From positions 1 through 64,000 of IMG/VR virus record IMGVR_UViG_3300033821_000019: DNA of 64,000 nucleotides, one strand, 5' to 3'. Shown piece by piece: positions 36,480-46,713 of the stretch. Made by a program: the position numbers and the translations under genes. The DNA is from a virus. The stretch's first letter is position 1. Every line of letters starts with the position of its first letter. The notes beneath the pieces are model-generated. The model had not been told where the DNA came from, made no database searches, and saw only the letters and a list, made by a program, of their open reading frames with translations.

Positions 36480-36776
36480 CTACTTTTTTTGTGCTAATTC
36501 GATGATGATATTTTCCTTCTCTTTCATACTAGGCTGGAGATGACTCATTATGATATGGATGGCCGGGGAAGCATCAACGGAAACCACTATCTTTTTATCA
36601 GCACCGTTCTCTTTTTCGTCTTGTGCATCCAACCGGTGAATAGCGTCCTTCATCAACAGTGCATAAGAGTCTATGTTGCCTGTATGAATGTCGTCCGCTA
36701 CATACAGAATTTCATCATATTCCTCATCCACATGTTGCACAATAGCCTTTTTGGTGCAGATGAATAGTGTTTTCAT
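36480..36776 (-). CDS. Hypothetical protein
   Basis: 98-aa ORF, ATGA-coupled. Confidence 0.6.
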   Translation of the reverse strand: MKTLFICTKKAIVQHVDEEYDEILYVADDIHTGNIDSYALLMKDAIHRLDAQDEKENGADKKIVVSVDASPAIHIIMSHLQPSMKEKENIIIELAQKK

Positions 36777-37114
36777 AGTTTTCCCGCACTCTTCATTAAC
36801 AATTCAACTTCAATCTTTTTATCCAATTCGTCGAACATTATTCGACAAAATTCAGGCGTGCAACTAAACGTCATGAAACCTTCGCCTTCATAATATCCTA
36901 TACCATTATTGTCTTTTTCTTCTCCCCATTTTTCTTGGTTCATCACTACTATAATATACGATTCACCACGACTTTTGAGAGCATCGGCTAACCATCCAAT
37001 GGGAATACACCGGCAAATGAATAGAAAAGCCTTCCTAAGCAAAGAAGGCTTTTCTTTTGGACGGTCAGTTAGTTCTCCCTCTAAATGTGGCTTAGTCATA
37101 AGACGGCACTTCAA
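36773..37114 (-). CDS. Hypothetical protein
   Basis: 113-aa ORF in operon. Confidence 0.55.
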   Translation of the reverse strand: MKCRLMTKPHLEGELTDRPKEKPSLLRKAFLFICRCIPIGWLADALKSRGESYIIVVMNQEKWGEEKDNNGIGYYEGEGFMTFSCTPEFCRIMFDELDKKIEVELLMKSAGKL

Positions 37115-38300
37115 TCTTAACGTGCTTGCCCCACTTGTACGGATACTGGTCTTCTGTCAACTCAGTAGTAAGTACCCACAAAATCGGCATCTGATATTTG
37201 TGATTGATGACCGGCGCATAAAAATCGGTGAAGTAAATCAAAGCATCATACTGCCCTTCAACTTCCTTCAAGACTGGTTCAAGGTCAGTACCGCCACGTC
37301 CGGTAATCTGGCCGTTCCATTTGCCCTTGTACCGATATTGCTTGGTAATGGCGCAATCACACTCCAACATTTGAATGTGAGCACCATTCTTGTAAATCCA
37401 GTAAATCTCATTCATGAACACCTTGAGTTGGGTGTCAGAAATGGAGCCTGAAGTATCTATTGCAACAGCAAGTTCCAACACATCTTCTTTGCGCGTACCG
37501 GGGCGTGTGCCAAACCGCTTGCTTACGCGCTTCATGGTGTAATCCAAATCGGACTCTGTAGCCGAAGCAACAAAAGTCCGCAACACCTTGTTCCACGGGA
37601 TGATTGGTTTGCGGGTCTTAAGAATGTCACCAATCTGTTCAATGACTTCGGCAGGAACGTTGCCGTAATCTTTATTGCAAAGCTCTTTAGCTTGGCGAAC
37701 AATGTCTTTTACAATGTCTTTTAGAATCGGGTCAGAAGCAGCCTCTTCCCACATATCATGGGATTTCACCGCATCAGAGAACATGCCTTCAACACCGAAC
37801 TGGCCCTTAGCACACATGTTTTGAAACTGTTTGTTGTCCTTCAATTGCTGATAGTACCAGAACGAAGACTTGTGTGGAGGAAAACCAAACATATCTGGCA
37901 GCATAGCAGCTTCAATGAGCTTGTCTTTATCAATGCAACTATTGACAACCAAATCCACTGCCACATTGCCACGCAGACGGTCAGAGAACTTCAAATTCAA
38001 ATGGTCAAAGACAACGTGCAATGTTTCGTGTTCCAAAGCGCCAAGCAGGAAGCCCCACGCTTGGTCTTCCGATTTTGCCTTGCCGAATATCTCATTAGCC
38101 AGCCAATCTTGGTTGATGTAGAGCTTAATCAGCAAGTCATCTTTTTGCTTTCCCACTGCCATTGTCGGAAGTTTGGCATTTGGACCGCCAAGGTAGACTT
38201 TGGACAATTGCTGTAAGATGTGACCATAGAAGACCTTATGGCGAATCAGGTCAATGATTCCGCACATTACCGTTTTCTTTGCATCACTGAACTTTGCCAC
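37092..38300 (-). CDS. Metallopeptidase + VWA-domain protein (DUF2201-like)
   Basis: HETLH zincin motif, NVAVDLVVN, MIDAS DTSGS, GRGGTD, YFTD. Confidence 0.88.
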   Translation of the reverse strand: MAKFSDAKKTVMCGIIDLIRHKVFYGHILQQLSKVYLGGPNAKLPTMAVGKQKDDLLIKLYINQDWLANEIFGKAKSEDQAWGFLLGALEHETLHVVFDHLNLKFSDRLRGNVAVDLVVNSCIDKDKLIEAAMLPDMFGFPPHKSSFWYYQQLKDNKQFQNMCAKGQFGVEGMFSDAVKSHDMWEEAASDPILKDIVKDIVRQAKELCNKDYGNVPAEVIEQIGDILKTRKPIIPWNKVLRTFVASATESDLDYTMKRVSKRFGTRPGTRKEDVLELAVAIDTSGSISDTQLKVFMNEIYWIYKNGAHIQMLECDCAITKQYRYKGKWNGQITGRGGTDLEPVLKEVEGQYDALIYFTDFYAPVINHKYQMPILWVLTTELTEDQYPYKWGKHVKIEVPSYD

Positions 38301-38353
38301 TTTATTGACTCCTTTTTAGACCACCACAATTGTATCGTATTATTCAACAATAT

Positions 38354-39109
38354 TTATTCGCCTTTTTGAAAAGAATCACTCATCTCAATGATTTTCTCCA
38401 AGTTATAAGGGATTATCTTCTTAATCTTCTTGAAGATGGAGTATTCTTTCTTTAAATACTTGTCAAAATACTCGCTCTTTTTGCAGGGCGTGAGTATTTC
38501 TTTCTTGCCGTAGTCGTAATCCCTGTCATAACCATAGTCCTTATCCCTAGACGGTTTAATCCAAGGTCTGTTATCTTCTACATCCCTATCCACAGGCATA
38601 TTAGAAATGTGTTCTGCCGTCTGGTCTTCTATCCGCTCTCTTTCTTCTTGAAGTTGGCGCTCCAATTCTCTCTTTTCACGCTCTTCTTTTTCTTTAAGCA
38701 GCCGCGCCTTTTCTTCGGGGTCAACCCATTCCGCCACATCGTAATTTGCAACATAACGTATATGGCCAAACTTGTCTTCCACTCTGATTAAATCTTTAAT
38801 GCGTACTTTCTTCTCAGCCAAATAGGCTACGCCCTTGTCAAAGAACCTAGCCCACAAATTGCCTGTTCCCCTGCCAAGGAATTCTATTTCCCATGATTCG
38901 TCAAGAGGCTCGTTGTCAAAAGTCACAAAATCTGGGTTGATATGTTCGTGTATTGCATCAACACCATAGCTTTTGAAATCTACCGCAATCCAACCTTCCC
39001 CAACAGAGAATTCCATAATGCGGCCATACTCTTTCTTGCCGCCATTTATAGGATGCTGGACAATAACTGCCCGCCCGACATCATCATCTGTCAATTCGCT
39101 AATGTTCAT
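38354..39109 (-). CDS. Hypothetical protein
   Basis: 251-aa ORF. Confidence 0.65.
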   Translation of the reverse strand: MNISELTDDDVGRAVIVQHPINGGKKEYGRIMEFSVGEGWIAVDFKSYGVDAIHEHINPDFVTFDNEPLDESWEIEFLGRGTGNLWARFFDKGVAYLAEKKVRIKDLIRVEDKFGHIRYVANYDVAEWVDPEEKARLLKEKEEREKRELERQLQEERERIEDQTAEHISNMPVDRDVEDNRPWIKPSRDKDYGYDRDYDYGKKEILTPCKKSEYFDKYLKKEYSIFKKIKKIIPYNLEKIIEMSDSFQKGE

Positions 39110-39120
39110 AGCTCACGCTT

Positions 39121-39564
39121 TCACACCAAGATAATTGAACCTGTTGGTTTGGTTTCGTCTCCAAGCCGCACTTTAGCTACCTTGGCAATGCGTTCGTCCT
39201 TTTCATTCAACATCACAGCGCCCAAATGTTTCGTTGGCACCTTTTCAGCCAAAAACAACCGATGGCCCACCTTCAAATCTTCCTTAAAGTAGTCCATCAT
39301 TTCCTCTTCCATAACGCCATAGGATTCCATCACGTCAGAAAAATCCGCTGCTTGACGGGCTTCATCATAATCAAACTTCTGCCCACGCACTTCAAGCCAA
39401 GCTTCAACGCCACTTCGGACATCAAGCTGGACCTTGCCGCCCTTCTTGTTGTCTTTGATATCATCGGAAATCGTGATGATACCCTTCTGAGGCTTTGCCG
39501 GTTGTGCTGGTGCCGCCTGTTTCTTGATTTCGTCAGGCAGGATTATCTTGCTCTGCTTCGCCAT
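39121..39564 (-). CDS. Hypothetical protein
   Basis: Likely start MAKQSKII with AAGGA RBS; the longer listed ORF overlaps the upstream gene. Confidence 0.65.
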   Translation of the reverse strand: MAKQSKIILPDEIKKQAAPAQPAKPQKGIITISDDIKDNKKGGKVQLDVRSGVEAWLEVRGQKFDYDEARQAADFSDVMESYGVMEEEMMDYFKEDLKVGHRLFLAEKVPTKHLGAVMLNEKDERIAKVAKVRLGDETKPTGSIILV

Positions 39565-40060
39565 TGGATTCCTTGAACCTTTCTTTAAGCACCCGCATCT
39601 TCTCGCCAAACTTGTTTTCGGCCAAGATGTACTCTTTATTATCGTCTCTTTTGGCCGGAATTGCAAGATATTCCACACCCAAATCGAAAAAGTCTTCCAT
39701 GCCCACATTGCTGACACACAGATATGTCTGCTCAAATGGGTTCTGACCCTTTTGTGGAATAAAATTTGCCGGGAGATTGCTTGCGCGTGGCCGATGGATA
39801 GACACGAATTCTTTGCCCTTGTACTTGCACCATTGTTTGTAACAGAAATCCTTGGCCTTCCAACGGCTTCGGAACTTGCGCACTTTGATTCGCTCTGTGT
39901 GTTTCGTGCTAAGCTGAACTCGCAAAATATGCACGTAAAAGAAACCATCATCTTCTTTCTTTGGCGTGTAGCTACACCGGAACTTGTATCCACGGCGCAC
40001 TACCTCTGAAAAATAGAGGGAACGCTTGAAGGTCCGATACCGCAACTCCGGTGAAAGCAT
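39533..40060 (-). CDS. Basic hypothetical protein (AP2-like segment possible)
   Basis: Start MLSPEL; FYVHILRVQ...RKFRSRWKAKDF. Confidence 0.55.
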   Translation of the reverse strand: MLSPELRYRTFKRSLYFSEVVRRGYKFRCSYTPKKEDDGFFYVHILRVQLSTKHTERIKVRKFRSRWKAKDFCYKQWCKYKGKEFVSIHRPRASNLPANFIPQKGQNPFEQTYLCVSNVGMEDFFDLGVEYLAIPAKRDDNKEYILAENKFGEKMRVLKERFKESNGEAEQDNPA

Positions 40061-40164
40061 GACTTTACCCCTTACAATGCTGCACTCACAACCTGCACAA
40101 CATTGTATCGTCAACTTTCGCTTTTTTTATCAATAATTCTCGCAAAATCTGATATAGCAAGGCT

Positions 40165-40740
40165 TTATGCCATAAATGAGAATATACGTCTCAGAAAAAT
40201 AGATGAAACAGAGGCTTTTGGAGCCGCAATAGGCGCATTGTCTGTAGGAATGACGTTAGACGACTGAATGTTCGACAACGCCAATGCTTCGGCCAATTCT
40301 TCAAGCTTGGTATGACCTTTGATAAAGATTTCAGACGCCGGGAATTCTCTTTCCACTTCATCTTTCAGTTCACCGTGGCCAGTGCTGATAATCGTTGGAA
40401 TGTCGTAACGGTTTTCGTGCAGCCATTCAATGAAACCTCTACCATCATCGCCTTGCAGTTCAATATCCACAATGGCCACTTTGATAGCACCGTCGCCATG
40501 TTTGGACACAGTATCCTTAGCTTCTTGAACCGTTCTCACATATAAAAGTGGTATGGTTGAATTAGCCGCAGCAAGCAAACCTTCTAAAATGGTTGCTTGT
40601 TCTGGTCTATCATCCAAAAAGAGAATCATACCAGTGCGTTGTTTGACTTCATCGCGCAATGAAAATTTGAAGAGGTGCTTGAGTGCCTTTTCCGTTGAAT
40701 TCAAGCGGTTCTTTAGGTCAGTGAAGTTTTGGTTAGTCAT
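40165..40740 (-). CDS. Response regulator (receiver domain)
   Basis: ILFLDD, VAIVDIEL..DG (phospho-Asp), IISTG, IFIKG. Confidence 0.88.
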   Translation of the reverse strand: MTNQNFTDLKNRLNSTEKALKHLFKFSLRDEVKQRTGMILFLDDRPEQATILEGLLAAANSTIPLLYVRTVQEAKDTVSKHGDGAIKVAIVDIELQGDDGRGFIEWLHENRYDIPTIISTGHGELKDEVEREFPASEIFIKGHTKLEELAEALALSNIQSSNVIPTDNAPIAAPKASVSSIFLRRIFSFMA

Positions 40741-40752
40741 AATCCCTCTCCT

Positions 40753-41115
40753 TTAATCTTCTTTCACTTTGGCTGCATATCGGCAACGGTCAATCACCCG
40801 TTGTGTTCTTTCTAGCAATCTCTTTTCTTCCTCTTTCATGCGCTTTTCTTCTTCTAACATTGTCTTAACTTCAGCGCCACAATTAGTGCTTGTAGTCAAT
40901 GCATTAGAACATTTCTGTGCCAACGCCATCAATTGATTGTTGCGCTTTTCTAACAAGTCAGTCAAGTCTTTGATTTGTCGTTCGTGTTTTTTGTTGATGT
41001 GCCAATAGAAGGCTACCAACAAAACGATGAGGATAACACACATACCCCAAGGACCATATTTCGCCAACATTTCTGCAACAGTCATAGCACCTTGGGCGGC
41101 TGTCTGAGGATTCAT
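40753..41115 (-). CDS. Single-TM coiled-coil membrane protein (BhlA/XhlA holin-like architecture)
   Basis: YGPWGMCVILIVLLVAFYW TM followed by KKHERQIKDL coiled coil. Confidence 0.5.
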   Translation of the reverse strand: MNPQTAAQGAMTVAEMLAKYGPWGMCVILIVLLVAFYWHINKKHERQIKDLTDLLEKRNNQLMALAQKCSNALTTSTNCGAEVKTMLEEEKRMKEEEKRLLERTQRVIDRCRYAAKVKED

Positions 41116-43427
41116 ACTTTGCGCTCCCTTCTTTTTTTCAACCCGCTATAAATATGCACCATCAAATCTACCAAATCATATGGTTTCTTCGGGTAGTAAA
41201 CATCGGCGATAGGCACCTTCCAAATTTTGTTAGTCAAAACGATTTTTACCGCATCAAATGAATCACTTACTTCTTTAGTAAACTCACCGTCCATAAAATT
41301 ACTTCTAGCATCTGCAATAACTACTGCGAATGGGTCTTTGATATGTTCAGTAATGGCCTCTTGAATAGAACCTGAGATAAATACTTTATATCCTTCGCCA
41401 GTAATCGCTTCCCAAAGAAGTTTTCCCGTATCAAGAGCACCACCTAACAATAGAATACGCTCCCCGTTGCCTTTTTCATAGTCGGTGTTGACATAACCTG
41501 TCTGTGATTGGTCTATGTACTTTGGCAAATATAAAGAAAATGTAGTACCTTTATTCACCTCAGTATCTACCTTGATTTCGCCTTTGTGCTGACCTACTAT
41601 TATAGCATGACAAACAGATAAGCCTAAACCCGTTCCTTTCAGATTAGCCTGCCAAGAATTTTTCTCTGCGAAATTGCCTTTGGTGGAAAAGAAAGGCATG
41701 AATATTTTTGACAAGTTATCTTTAGCTATGCCACATCCAACGTCTGCTATTTTGAGGATAATCTTGTCCTCATAGAGAATATCATTACCTTCGGGTGGTT
41801 CTTCAATTGTAATAGTAATCTGCTTATTTTGAGATTTTGTCATCGCGTGTTGAGCATTGATAATCATGTTCATTAAAACGTGTGCTATGCCTTTCGGCTG
41901 CACATATATTTTTGCCGTTGTGTTCTCTACAATATCTACTTTTACATTCTCTTTGCCCAAATCAATATTCAGCAGTTCAACGACTCCTTGAATCAATGCT
42001 TTTGGCTGGACTGCTTTCATACTACCTTTATTTGAAGCCGTACTAGTGAAAGCCAACAAATCGTTTGTGATACTTGCTCCTTGAGAAAGAGCAGATTTGA
42101 CAATATCTAATGATTTGCGAACCTTATCTGGCACCGTCTCGCGATAAATCAAATCCACATGACCCTTAATCACTGCATTAATGTTGTTGAATTCGTGAGC
42201 AATGCCGCTTGCCATCAAACCTACAGCCGCCAATCGTTCTGAACGTAGCAACTTTTCCTGATGTTGGTATTCTTCGCTCACGTCTCTAAACACCATAACA
42301 ACACCTATCATATCTCCGTATTCATCTATGATAGGTGAAGCATTGTGTTTGATAGGTACTTCTTTACCACTTGAAGTCACATAGAGCGTGTTGTTACGCG
42401 GAGCTATCAAAGCGCCCGTGTTGAGTACCATTTCAACAGGATTAGGTACTTCTTTCTTAGTAAACTGGTGAATAAATTTGATGAAAATGTTAAGAGGTTT
42501 GCCTATCATTTCAAATTCTTTATAGCCAAGTATACTTTCAGCAGCAGCATTAACGCCTATTATCTGACCACTATTGTCTGTTGAAATAACACCATCACCT
42601 ATTGAATGCAGCGTGGTAGAAAGCAGCTTCCGATTATCATGTAAGGCTTTTTCAGCTTTCTTGCGTTCTGCAATATCATGGAATACTACCTCAAAGACCA
42701 TATTGCCATTGACGCGCTCAAACGATGTGGCGGCAGTTTCAACGTCAATAAGTTCTCCGGTATAAGTAAGAAACTGGCTTTCAACAAGAGGCACTTCGTA
42801 CCCGCGTTCTTTTTTCATTTCTTCCATGCGTTGAAGTTCTTGTGCTCTAAATTTTGGATGAACAAAATCCAGATACTTCCTGCCTAGTAAATCCTCTCTA
42901 GTACAAGCCCTTAGCATTCTTACGGCAGCGTTATTCGCAAATTCAATATTGCCGTTCTCATGCAAAATAGTAGCGAAAGGTGAAACCTCTATCAACCTTT
43001 TATACCTTTGTTTTGTTTCCTCAATTTCCAATTCTTGTTTCTTGCGTTGGGTTATGTCCAACATTGCACCAACTATACCTATTTTTTTGCCAGCTTTAGT
43101 AGTTAAGACTGATTTTTGGTAGATGATGTTTTTAACTTGTCCGTCTGATGTTACCATCTCTTTTTCATACTGCGTTTGAAAATCAGTAGATTCAAGGAGA
43201 TTGTCATCTATCTGTTTATGAAAATAGGCGGTTTTCAATGGAGAAGCATCAATAGGACTAGCGCCTATAATGTCTTCTCGTTTCACATTGCGCAGATTCT
43301 CAAAGGCTGTATTGCAACCTACGTAGACACCATTAGCATCGGTGTAATAAACAGCTATTGGAATTGCATCCAATAGTGTTTGCAAAAAATGGTTCTGCTT
43401 TTGTATTGTTTCATCATCGTCGTTCAT
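41112..43427 (-). CDS. Cytoplasmic triple-PAS histidine kinase with degenerate C-terminal receiver
   Basis: Three PAS/PAC units; H-box GIAHEFNN, N-box NMIINA, G1 DVGCGI, F-box FFSTK, G2 GTGLGL. Confidence 0.93.
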   Translation of the reverse strand: MNDDDETIQKQNHFLQTLLDAIPIAVYYTDANGVYVGCNTAFENLRNVKREDIIGASPIDASPLKTAYFHKQIDDNLLESTDFQTQYEKEMVTSDGQVKNIIYQKSVLTTKAGKKIGIVGAMLDITQRKKQELEIEETKQRYKRLIEVSPFATILHENGNIEFANNAAVRMLRACTREDLLGRKYLDFVHPKFRAQELQRMEEMKKERGYEVPLVESQFLTYTGELIDVETAATSFERVNGNMVFEVVFHDIAERKKAEKALHDNRKLLSTTLHSIGDGVISTDNSGQIIGVNAAAESILGYKEFEMIGKPLNIFIKFIHQFTKKEVPNPVEMVLNTGALIAPRNNTLYVTSSGKEVPIKHNASPIIDEYGDMIGVVMVFRDVSEEYQHQEKLLRSERLAAVGLMASGIAHEFNNINAVIKGHVDLIYRETVPDKVRKSLDIVKSALSQGASITNDLLAFTSTASNKGSMKAVQPKALIQGVVELLNIDLGKENVKVDIVENTTAKIYVQPKGIAHVLMNMIINAQHAMTKSQNKQITITIEEPPEGNDILYEDKIILKIADVGCGIAKDNLSKIFMPFFSTKGNFAEKNSWQANLKGTGLGLSVCHAIIVGQHKGEIKVDTEVNKGTTFSLYLPKYIDQSQTGYVNTDYEKGNGERILLLGGALDTGKLLWEAITGEGYKVFISGSIQEAITEHIKDPFAVVIADARSNFMDGEFTKEVSDSFDAVKIVLTNKIWKVPIADVYYPKKPYDLVDLMVHIYSGLKKRRERKV

Positions 43428-43462
43428 AATCTACCTAATATAGATGCCCTACTAAGACCAAA

Positions 43463-43476
43463 TATCAAGAAATAAT
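43463..43476 (-). promoter_or_regulatory. Putative late promoter motif (ATTATTTCTTGATA) upstream of the kinase
   Basis: Variant copy between terminator and kinase ATG. Confidence 0.45.
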
Positions 43477-43477
43477 A

Positions 43478-43504
43478 AACCGCGCCCTTTGTCAGAGCGC
43501 GGTT
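43478..43504 (-). terminator. Intrinsic terminator
   Basis: AACCGCGC...GCGCGGTT hairpin followed by T-rich sequence. Confidence 0.65.
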
Positions 43505-43536
43505 CAAGAGCTACAGTTAGATTTTATGGGTAATCT

Positions 43537-44724
43537 TTAACCAACAGGAAGCTTATCCAAAAAGCCTTCTTTCTTGGCTATCAATTCTTTAATTCCACCT
43601 CTTTCCACAATGTTTTTGAACTCTTTTTCAAAGCAGAAATACAGCCGTACCACTCCACCCGGCTTTTCTTCCCACCCAGAAACACCCAACACATCATCCT
43701 CAAGTTTCTGAGAAATCTGAGCGCCAGCACCAACCGATACAGATTTAACTTCTTGCTCAAATGCTGTTTCTGGCACACGTATTTCTTTCGTGCTCCGTGA
43801 TATTTTTGTACTACGTAGAATGCCTGATGATGGAGCACTTTTAATTAAATCTGCATCGCTTATAGAACAAGATAGTTCGCCAGAGTGTGCATCATTACAA
43901 CAATAGGTATGATGACCGTCATTGTAGATGTTTTCGTTACTATTAAGAGATTGTGTTTTGATATTCCCACAGCCCCAAGTTGCATCATACGTTTTATACC
44001 CCCCATAATTTTTGTATGGGGAATATTCATTAGAACCAGAATTGACACCAATAATTGAAGTATGATAGATATGTTCAACCCGTGGCATTTCGCGTCTAAT
44101 TTTAGTCTTGTAAAAAGCAAAACCAAAAGCCGGAACTGTCTTCTCTCTGCCCATAACCAACGAAGCAATATCCCGTGCTTCATCCTCTGAAAAGAAAAAT
44201 TGACGCACAGTTCCATCATTACTATTCCTGAAACCATCCCACCAATGCGGAGCAGAACATATATAATTCTGCGCTGGCCACTCATATCCACACTTCTGGC
44301 AGAATCTTCCATGTGCGAATGGTTCATTATGTCTAGGACAATTATTAGTGTAGCTTTCCAAGCCCAAACCATTCATTTCCATTCCAGTAATAGGGTTCAT
44401 GCCTTTTACGCTTGGAACAACAGCAGTATTGAGAGGGTCATTTTCAGTCCAATCAAACCACAAACCGATATTTACAGAAACAGGACAAACATAAGTTCCA
44501 GCAGCACGAACCCAATCTTTCGGAGCACCGGGTAAACAAGCAATTGGGAAAACAGGCAGCGGCTCGCCTTTTGGCAAAACATGAACTAATCCATCATCTT
44601 TAATGCGCTCTGCTTTCATAAGACGCGCCTTAAACCCGGCGTGTTCCATAACATCCACCCAACCTTTTTTTGCATGTTCCTGAACGTATGTTGTCGCTGT
44701 TCTATAATTAGTATATTGCAACAT
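43537..44724 (-). CDS. Hypothetical protein with zinc ribbon
   Basis: 395 aa; CPRH...CQKC; WWDGF; VGAGAQISQ. Confidence 0.75.
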   Translation of the reverse strand: MLQYTNYRTATTYVQEHAKKGWVDVMEHAGFKARLMKAERIKDDGLVHVLPKGEPLPVFPIACLPGAPKDWVRAAGTYVCPVSVNIGLWFDWTENDPLNTAVVPSVKGMNPITGMEMNGLGLESYTNNCPRHNEPFAHGRFCQKCGYEWPAQNYICSAPHWWDGFRNSNDGTVRQFFFSEDEARDIASLVMGREKTVPAFGFAFYKTKIRREMPRVEHIYHTSIIGVNSGSNEYSPYKNYGGYKTYDATWGCGNIKTQSLNSNENIYNDGHHTYCCNDAHSGELSCSISDADLIKSAPSSGILRSTKISRSTKEIRVPETAFEQEVKSVSVGAGAQISQKLEDDVLGVSGWEEKPGGVVRLYFCFEKEFKNIVERGGIKELIAKKEGFLDKLPVG

Positions 44725-44803
44725 AGTGCATCTCCTTTGTCATAATTCGTCAGAGACTCCCTGCTATTATACTTTAAATAGCAGGAAGTTTCTGACATTG
44801 TTG

Positions 44804-45901
44804 TTAGTATGTACGAGAAGGATTCATTGGGTCTGACACTTCACGCTCTTGTGAGGTTCTGACTTTAATTCTAGGAAGACTATCATCAGCCTTACGTTCA
44901 AGGTATGTCGCGTAAGCCTTCGGATAATCGTCCTTCAATCCAGCATTACCATCCTTGCTAACAATGCCGTACTGCATCAACTCATTGATGAATTGGCCGA
45001 TATAAGCCTTGTCTTTAGGCGCTTGACCCATTTCATAAACAATACGCGCAAACTGCATCTCTTCGTATTTCTCAACATTCCATTCACGCTCACATTCATC
45101 ACAGTAACCATTAACGAGAATAACACCCGGATGAAATGGGCATTGGAACATTGCCAACGAAGGGAAATGGCCTGCACGATAGAGACGCTTCAAGACATTC
45201 TTCACAGGATAATGCACAGGCGTCTTGCCCTTACGCGCCTGTCTCAGAAGACTCAACGAAGCTTCAACATCAATGGTGCCTTCCGCTTCGTTCTGGAAGA
45301 TGATGAAAGGACGCTCATGGGCTTTTTTATCAAGCACTTCAAAGATAGTAGGGTCACAGGTAGGGTTGTATGCCTTGAGCAATTCTTCATCGCTCCACTG
45401 GCCAACAGGACGATTAGCCTTGACAATCGTTTCTATTGCCACTTTGTACTCTTCAATAACAGGCATACCTCTGACTTCTTTGGTAGCTGCATGAACTTCA
45501 GCAATTTGATTTTCAGGTTTTTCGCCAAATGAACACTGACTACCTTCCTTCAAGATGCTCCACAATCTCTTGAAACGAATTGGCGGGAGATTGGGTTGAC
45601 CGTTTTCACAGAAGATACGACGTGCTTCACCCTCTGTGCAGTCGTCAGAAAGAAGCAACTCATGGCTTCCTTCATCACAATAAATGCCAAGCTTACAGAG
45701 TCTATCCCAAATGTAAGCTTCGGCACTTGATTCAATTGCACAATTGATGCCGTAAATCTTAGGTGCTTCAGTTAAGTCGGCAGGAAGAGATGCAGTTACA
45801 CCTTTTGCATTGACTTGTTTCAATGCAGGTTCAATCTCTTTGGCTGCTTTTTTGACTTTGGAAATAAGTGTTTCGACAGAAGTACGAGTATTTGTAGACA
45901 T
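44804..45901 (-). CDS. Hypothetical protein with zinc ribbon
   Basis: Start MSTNTR (GAGAGG RBS); CPFH...CDEC. Confidence 0.7.
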   Translation of the reverse strand: MSTNTRTSVETLISKVKKAAKEIEPALKQVNAKGVTASLPADLTEAPKIYGINCAIESSAEAYIWDRLCKLGIYCDEGSHELLLSDDCTEGEARRIFCENGQPNLPPIRFKRLWSILKEGSQCSFGEKPENQIAEVHAATKEVRGMPVIEEYKVAIETIVKANRPVGQWSDEELLKAYNPTCDPTIFEVLDKKAHERPFIIFQNEAEGTIDVEASLSLLRQARKGKTPVHYPVKNVLKRLYRAGHFPSLAMFQCPFHPGVILVNGYCDECEREWNVEKYEEMQFARIVYEMGQAPKDKAYIGQFINELMQYGIVSKDGNAGLKDDYPKAYATYLERKADDSLPRIKVRTSQEREVSDPMNPSRTY

Positions 45902-46113
45902 GTTTTTGTTCCTCTCTTCACGCTTGTTTTGTGACTTGCCTATGGTCACGTCGCTGACTGCATTACGAACTTCCCCAATGGAAGTGTAAATTCGCTCAGC
46001 TTTTCAGGCACTGCTGACTGCTATTTTATTATTCACTCTTTGTCTTTAGTGTCACCTCCTTCTATAAAATCATTCAACCTCATAAAAGATTGTATCCAAC
46101 ACACCTAGATAAT

Positions 46114-46127
46114 TATAAAAAAATTAT
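46114..46127 (-). promoter_or_regulatory. Putative late promoter motif (ATAATTTTTTTATA)
   Basis: Perfect copy of the motif at 12160. Confidence 0.55.
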
Positions 46128-46621
46128 GACTTTCTTGCAGCCCACTCTAAAGGGAGTCTGATATACTGTACTTTTTCATCGTCGTCAGCATCATAAACAA
46201 GCCATTGCAGAATCCTCAGTTTTATGTCGTCTGCCTGTTGAACAATAGGCTTTTTCATGGTCTTCATAATAGCCGCAATCTTCTCTTTGGCTTCTGCAAC
46301 AGTCTTAGGTGTCTCAGGATTTTCTCGTATCTCGTTGTATTCTTTAATATGCTCTTCTTCTTTGTACACATCCACATAAAACACACCAACGTCTTTTGGA
46401 GCGGCAAATCCTTTGTTCGCAATCAACCAATCTGCAAATCCCAATGTTTCAGATGTTTCAACCGCATGTAGTTCCTTAAGCTTATATTTGCGATAGCCTA
46501 AAGCTCTGTACTCTGCGTGTAGCTTTTTCAAGTTGCTTTTAGGTGGTCCAAAAACAATCGTCACCCCGCGATTATCTTCTTCATAGCCATTTTCACAAAG
46601 CACAAAAATTTTCTGTTTCAT
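46124..46621 (-). CDS. Hypothetical protein
   Basis: Start MKQKIF with AAGGAG RBS and TATAAT upstream. Confidence 0.65.
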   Translation of the reverse strand: MKQKIFVLCENGYEEDNRGVTIVFGPPKSNLKKLHAEYRALGYRKYKLKELHAVETSETLGFADWLIANKGFAAPKDVGVFYVDVYKEEEHIKEYNEIRENPETPKTVAEAKEKIAAIMKTMKKPIVQQADDIKLRILQWLVYDADDDEKVQYIRLPLEWAARKS

Positions 46622-46650
46622 GGTTTCTCCTTTTGTCATTACCATTATAC

Positions 46651-46682
46651 AAAAAAGAATGGGGTTTTTAGCCCCATTCTTT
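46651..46682 (-). terminator. Intrinsic terminator after Ro60/TROVE
   Basis: AAAGAATGGGG...CCCCATTCTTT hairpin with T-run. Confidence 0.75.
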
Positions 46683-46713
46683 CCGCACCCCGCTACCATT
46701 TTTATTTCGGGCT

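Noticed and set aside
39565-39993. N-terminal extension of the listed 290-aa ORF 39121..39993
   Set aside because: Overlaps gene 39533..40060 in another frame; a good RBS supports the start at 39564.
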